From contig CM120642.1 of assembly GCA_051362555.1 (NCBI GenBank), positions 23,932,001-23,996,000 on the forward strand: a stretch of DNA of 64,000 nt, given 5' to 3'. The position numbers were made by a program, and so were the translations under genes. Below, piece by piece: positions 63,201 to 64,000 of the stretch. Every line of letters starts with the position of its first letter. Position 1 is the stretch's first letter. The notes below the pieces were generated by a model. That model was not told the origin of the DNA and made no database searches. It was given only the letters and a program-made list of their open reading frames with translations. This stretch comes from Lingula anatina (lineage: Eukaryota > Animalia > Brachiopoda).

Positions 63201-64000
63201 ATCAAATGCAATGTTTTATCCGCTGGATATTAATTTACATATTATTTTCATGTTTTATAAAAATTCTACTGCATGGTGATATTCTTTCAAATGCAAATGC
63301 AGACCAAACTGACATGAAAAAAATTGGAGGAAATATTCACAAAAGATGTACATTTAAAATGCATCAGTTTTTTAAAATTAGAACCAGCGATGAAATTATA
63401 AGAAACTGGAACAAACTTAATCTATAGGAACAAACTTAATCTATAGGAACAAACTAAATCTACCTGTATTGGCAACTTTAGCTGATATGACCATTTTAAC
63501 AACTAATGCGTTTCTTGCCATTTCAGTCTACCGATGATAATGTACGGAACGCCGCAGAGAGTGCTGTCCATTACTTGGAGAACCGTACTGCGTCCGTATC
63601 CAACCCTTACAGTCTGGCCATTTCATCGTATGCCCTGCAAAAAGCCAAAAGTTACGAAGCGGTTGCAGCTTTCAACCGTCTGAAAACTTTGATACCTAAT
63701 TTACTCAAAGGTAAGTTTACCTCATTATTTTTATAACTGTCAAAATACAATCAAGTCAGCATGATATGAAGTTATTCGTTATGAGTTTTGAAGGTTTTTG
63801 ATTTACCTATCGGCATCCAAAGACATTGACAGTTTACTTGCAACCAAAGACAAATTTCGAGAGCGTAAGATATATGTTACCTTTTTTTTCAAGGTGCTTC
63901 CGAGCCAGAGGGTGGATATCGCAACACATATGAGATGCAGCCCAATGCTATCAATGTCGAGATAATTTCTTACGCTCTCCTTGCGTATGCTGAGAAGTCG
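45418..64000 (+). CDS. Thioester-containing protein, alpha-2-macroglobulin family (CD109/invertebrate TEP-like); 3' end lies beyond the window
   Basis: Phase-consistent exons: 45418-45479 (signal peptide [18 protein letters not shown]), 46027-46181, 46489-46514, 46764-46917 ([13 protein letters not shown]), 47116-47186, 47443-47568, 48320-48359, 48736-48820 (EYVEPKFDV), 49239-49323, 54036-54263 (FKPGL), 54544-54795, 55352-55450, 55947-56009, 56653-56838 ([12 protein letters not shown]), 57081-57233 (AVDQS), 57430-57549 (RKKR), 57993-58053, 58494-58593 (YFRETWLW), 58845-58956, 59375-59488, 59803-59904, 60246-60374, 61140-61278, 61586-61762 (GCAEQ), 62152-62233 (DGSFSSFG), 62591-62747 ([12 protein letters not shown]), 63090-63158, 63527-63710, 63894-64000 (VEIISYALL). 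Confidence 0.92.
47715..47960. mobile_element. Non-autonomous Helentron/HINE-like element
   Basis: AACTAGAAAAGCACTCCGAGAGCGCAGACCTCCGCCAA...TTGGCGGAGGTAA; paralogous to 30633-30866. Confidence 0.65.
49334..49506. mobile_element. hAT-like MITE just downstream of a TEP splice donor
   Basis: CAGGCCCGTAGCCAG / CTGGCTACGGGCCTG; flanks TATAC/TTTAC (imperfect 5-bp TSD). Inverted relative to 6974-7138. Confidence 0.75.
49911..50246. mobile_element. TTAA-targeting (Kolobok-like) MITE
   Basis: Perfect TIR AGGGATAATAACTCTTC / GAAGAGTTATTATCCCT with TTAA TSD. Confidence 0.85.
51445..53419 (-). mobile_element. 5'-truncated, frameshifted LINE (CR1/L2-group-like) in a TEP intron, antisense to the host gene
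   Basis: RT motifs [40 protein letters not shown] (53075-53419). Continuation in 52500-53066 ([31 protein letters not shown]). C-terminal [18 protein letters not shown] (51854-52384). The 3' boundary near a TTGTA-repeat tail is approximate. Confidence 0.9.
54829..54998. mobile_element. PIF/Harbinger-like MITE
   Basis: TIR GGCCCCATTCAGAATAGGGGAC / GTCCCCTATTCTTAATGGGGCC; AAT on both flanks. Confidence 0.75.
55560..55868. mobile_element. TTAA-targeting (Kolobok-like) MITE, inverted copy
   Basis: TTAA flanks; GGGATAACAA / TTGTTATCCC ends. Reverse complement of 49911-50246. Confidence 0.8.
61642..61656 (+). other. Thioester motif GCAEQ of the TEP
   Basis: GGT TGT GCT GAA CAA within PLGCAEQNL. 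Confidence 0.9.
63408..63462. repeat. 19-bp tandem repeat, ~3 copies
   Basis: GGAACAAACTTAATCTATA repeated. Confidence 0.85.

Overview
AT-rich, intron-rich eukaryotic DNA, most likely from an invertebrate animal (the organism cannot be identified from this window). I rebuilt four spliced genes by hand from splice sites and reading-frame phase. (1) On +, 8518-16056: a ~1068-aa protein with RRM-like, KH-like, Macro, C3HC4 RING and Deltex C-terminal (DTC) regions. It resembles a single-chain PARP9/DTX3L hybrid, its DTC signature residues are degenerate, and its promoter carries kappaB-like motifs. (2) On -, 32667-20452: a 22-exon, ~1059-aa DUF4062-like/NACHT/TPR STAND NTPase that starts with an MGCGAS lipidation motif. 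(3) On -, 37199-35175: a two-exon UBC (E2) enzyme with a Ubc12/UBE2F-like core and a long acidic, repeat-containing tail. (4) On +, 45418 to the window end: a CD109/TEP-type thioester protein (GCAEQ motif plus catalytic His). Introns and intergenic DNA hold a 5'-truncated LINE, a decayed THAP-bearing DNA transposon and many MITE-like elements with readable TIRs and target-site duplications (TSDs). The best candidate for an undescribed system is the Macro-RING-DTC fusion E3 and its possible link to the neighbouring NLR-like NTPase, E2 and TEP; that link is inference only. No database searches were run, so all family calls rest on recognised motifs.
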